Below the pieces are notes generated by a model. The model worked only from the letters and a program-made list of their open reading frames with translations. It was not told where the DNA came from and made no database searches. A stretch of DNA of 64,000 nucleotides from Phoronis australis. Taxonomy: Eukaryota > Animalia > Phoronida. Shown one piece after another: positions 62,140 to 64,000 of the stretch. Where the stretch lies: the NCBI GenBank assembly GCA_002633005.1, contig NMRA01000493.1, forward strand, positions 235,647 through 299,646, in the 5' to 3' direction. The position numbers were made by a program, and so were the translations under genes. Positions within the stretch are counted from its first letter, which is position 1. The number at the start of each line of letters is the position of its first letter.

Positions 62140-62378
62140 CTGGCATACTAACTGTGACTGGCATACTTAAAATATTGGTGACACAGTGACTGGCATACTT
62201 GCTATACTTGTGACACTGTGACTGGCATACTTACTATATATTTGTGACACAGTGACTGGCATACTTACTATATATTTGTGACACAGTGACTGGCATACTT
62301 ACTATATATTTGTGACACAGTGACTGGCATACTTGCTACACTTATGACACAGTGACTGGCATACTTACTATATTTGTG
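62140..62378. repeat. Minisatellite, 32-34-bp unit, ~7 copies, overlapping a DUS2 exon/intron boundary
   Basis: GTGACACAGTGACTGGCATACTTACTATATATTT. On the minus strand each unit contains ...ATATA|GTAAGT. Confidence 0.93.
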
Positions 62379-62490
62379 TTTCATTGCGAGCACTCCTGAG
62401 TCTTATTCCTTCTGGTGTCTCCATGGATGCGCGGAAATATTGCTGGATGCAGTACTTGGTGTTGCAGCTATTGTTATCGTAGTCAATGGC
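62369..62490 (-). CDS. DUS2: DUS2 exon (helical domain)
   Basis: ttcatcag|AIDYDNNSCNTKYCIQQYFRASMETPEGIRLRSARNETQI(Y)|gtaagt. 122 nt, with the conserved YDN...NTKYC motif. Confidence 0.93.
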
Positions 62491-62870
62491 CTGATGAAAA
62501 CCCAACAGAATCATCAGTACACAGTCTGGACAAGGCATGTTCATGTTCAATGCAGTTCAGGTTTTAGACTGTGCGGAAACAGGAGTGAAATGGGAAACAA
62601 GTTTACAGGTTTAAGGCAAGACAACATTCCTTCAAATTAACCTGTCCAGAGAAATGCCTAAATTTCTCACTCACGTCTCTATGAATCAAACACACTGTTT
62701 CCATGGTAACAAATGGTACAATAGAACTCCATGGTAATAGATGGTACAAAAGAACAAGAATTCATGAGCTGCAGTACAATGATTATAATTTTCTGTTTGT
62801 TATGCTCAACAATCAAGTCGTGAAAACCATCATGGACAGTCGCTCCCGACACAGTTGTGAGTCTACTTAC

Positions 62871-63036
62871 ATATTTCAAGTATGCCTTTATGATATCTGT
62901 GACAGGAAGTAATCCGTCCTTCCTGAATATTGAGCTGTTCCACTGTGCAGCTCTGGCTATCATCACGGAGCTGGCTCCTGTGTCCAGACGGAACTTCTCA
63001 ACATCTTCATAACATCTAATCTCCTTTGAGCCACCA
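62871..63036 (-). CDS. DUS2: DUS2 exon (end of the FMN-binding TIM barrel)
   Basis: cttcag|(N)GGSKEIRCYEDVEKFRLDTGASSVMIARAAQWNSSIFRKDGLLPVTDIIKAYLKY|gtaagt. 166 nt, with the SSVM.ARAA.WN.SIF signature. Confidence 0.96.
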
Positions 63037-63908
63037 CTGAAGATGAGAGTGTAAAACAATAAGTTTTATATAGCATTTTCTTGTACTCCATATTGTTGCC
63101 CAAGTGCCGAAACAACTTTTGTCCTCGGGAAACATATCTCTCTTTCCCTCCATATGACCTGACATGTCTGAAGAATTAGTCTATTTATTTTATTAAATGA
63201 CTGATAAATATTTGCTATTCCATAATCTGTTTGGCTAGCTGAAAGGAAAACAAGTAATCAGTTAATAAATGTTGTAGTCTAGACTTTAAGCTGAACAGCA
63301 AACACAGTATCACCATGTCCACCTTCCTTTTATCAGTCCTGAACAAAATGCATGATTTAAAGGGACACTAAACCATGTCTACCTTAATAGTTTTCACAAA
63401 ATTGCTTTCATTACGTACTATGCGACATGTATGATTAGTACTTTCTTGAAAAGATGAAAGCATTGCTCATCTAAAGCTTTGTCTTCACTCCGTCACAAAA
63501 TGAATTCATTCGTCCATAAACTCCCCTGAAGAAATGTCATGCTTTCCAAATATTTTATGGACCTGATGAACTTCAATCAAAGATTTGAGGACAGGCTAAT
63601 GATTATACAGCATTTTTCAGTTTAAGCAAAAAGATTTTTAATTAAGGAACTGCCATTGTTATCAATTAATAGTCAATCATAAAGTTTACTTTTGAGTTGG
63701 ATTTCTGTCACTTAATTGTCGATGCTGATTTCTTAACCCAAATATTACCACGATCATCCGATCTTGAACTGTTGCCAAATCATTACAAACATTTTGCTTT
63801 CAATGAGAGCGCAGGTTCATGGCGACAACCAAGAATCTGTTACACATAAAGTGAATAAGCAGGCCAATAACACAGAAGCAGTTTATTGTAGAATGAACAT
63901 TCCCTTAC

Positions 63909-64000
63909 TTTGCAATGACTGGAATCTTTAATTCTTTAGCCACTGCACAGATGATATCATTATGATTGTCGTGCTGTGGTCGTTCTTCTTTAAGACGTCC
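63909..64000 (-). CDS. DUS2: DUS2 exon (partial, continues beyond the window)
   Basis: GRLKEERPQHDNHNDIICAVAKELKIPVIA(N)|gtaagg. It has the (H)GR..ERP and IPVIANGG motifs of Dus2. Confidence 0.95.

Overview
This is AT-rich, repeat-dense animal genomic DNA, most likely from a marine invertebrate. That origin is inferred from the element mix (Polinton, Kolobok, Penelope, Tx1, Helentron-type and hAT elements). It is not prokaryotic. One conserved host gene is clear: the 3' part of DUS2 (tRNA-dihydrouridine(20) synthase with a C-terminal dsRBD) on the minus strand. It has 7 coding exons from beyond 64000 down to the stop at 43586, with GT-AG sites and consistent phases. A ~3.7 kb direct duplication (21753-25490 / 39434-43136) carries two intact copies of a 67-aa secreted peptide that I do not recognise. 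The peptide has a signal sequence, a C-x-C-x13-C-x6-C frame and a dibasic site, and its mature region has diverged far more than its signal peptide. This pair is the best candidate for something undescribed. The rest is transposon relics: a scrambled Polinton/Maverick (capsid plus split pPolB), a truncated Gypsy, a solo LTR, Penelope pieces (one with a minimal hammerhead ribozyme), a Penelope<Kolobok<Tx1 nest, hAT MITEs (one family with an internal tRNA-like cassette) and a 5 kb TTAA-flanked TIR element. There are also many minisatellites, one built from a DUS2 5' splice site. All family calls come from motifs recognised by eye; no database search was run.
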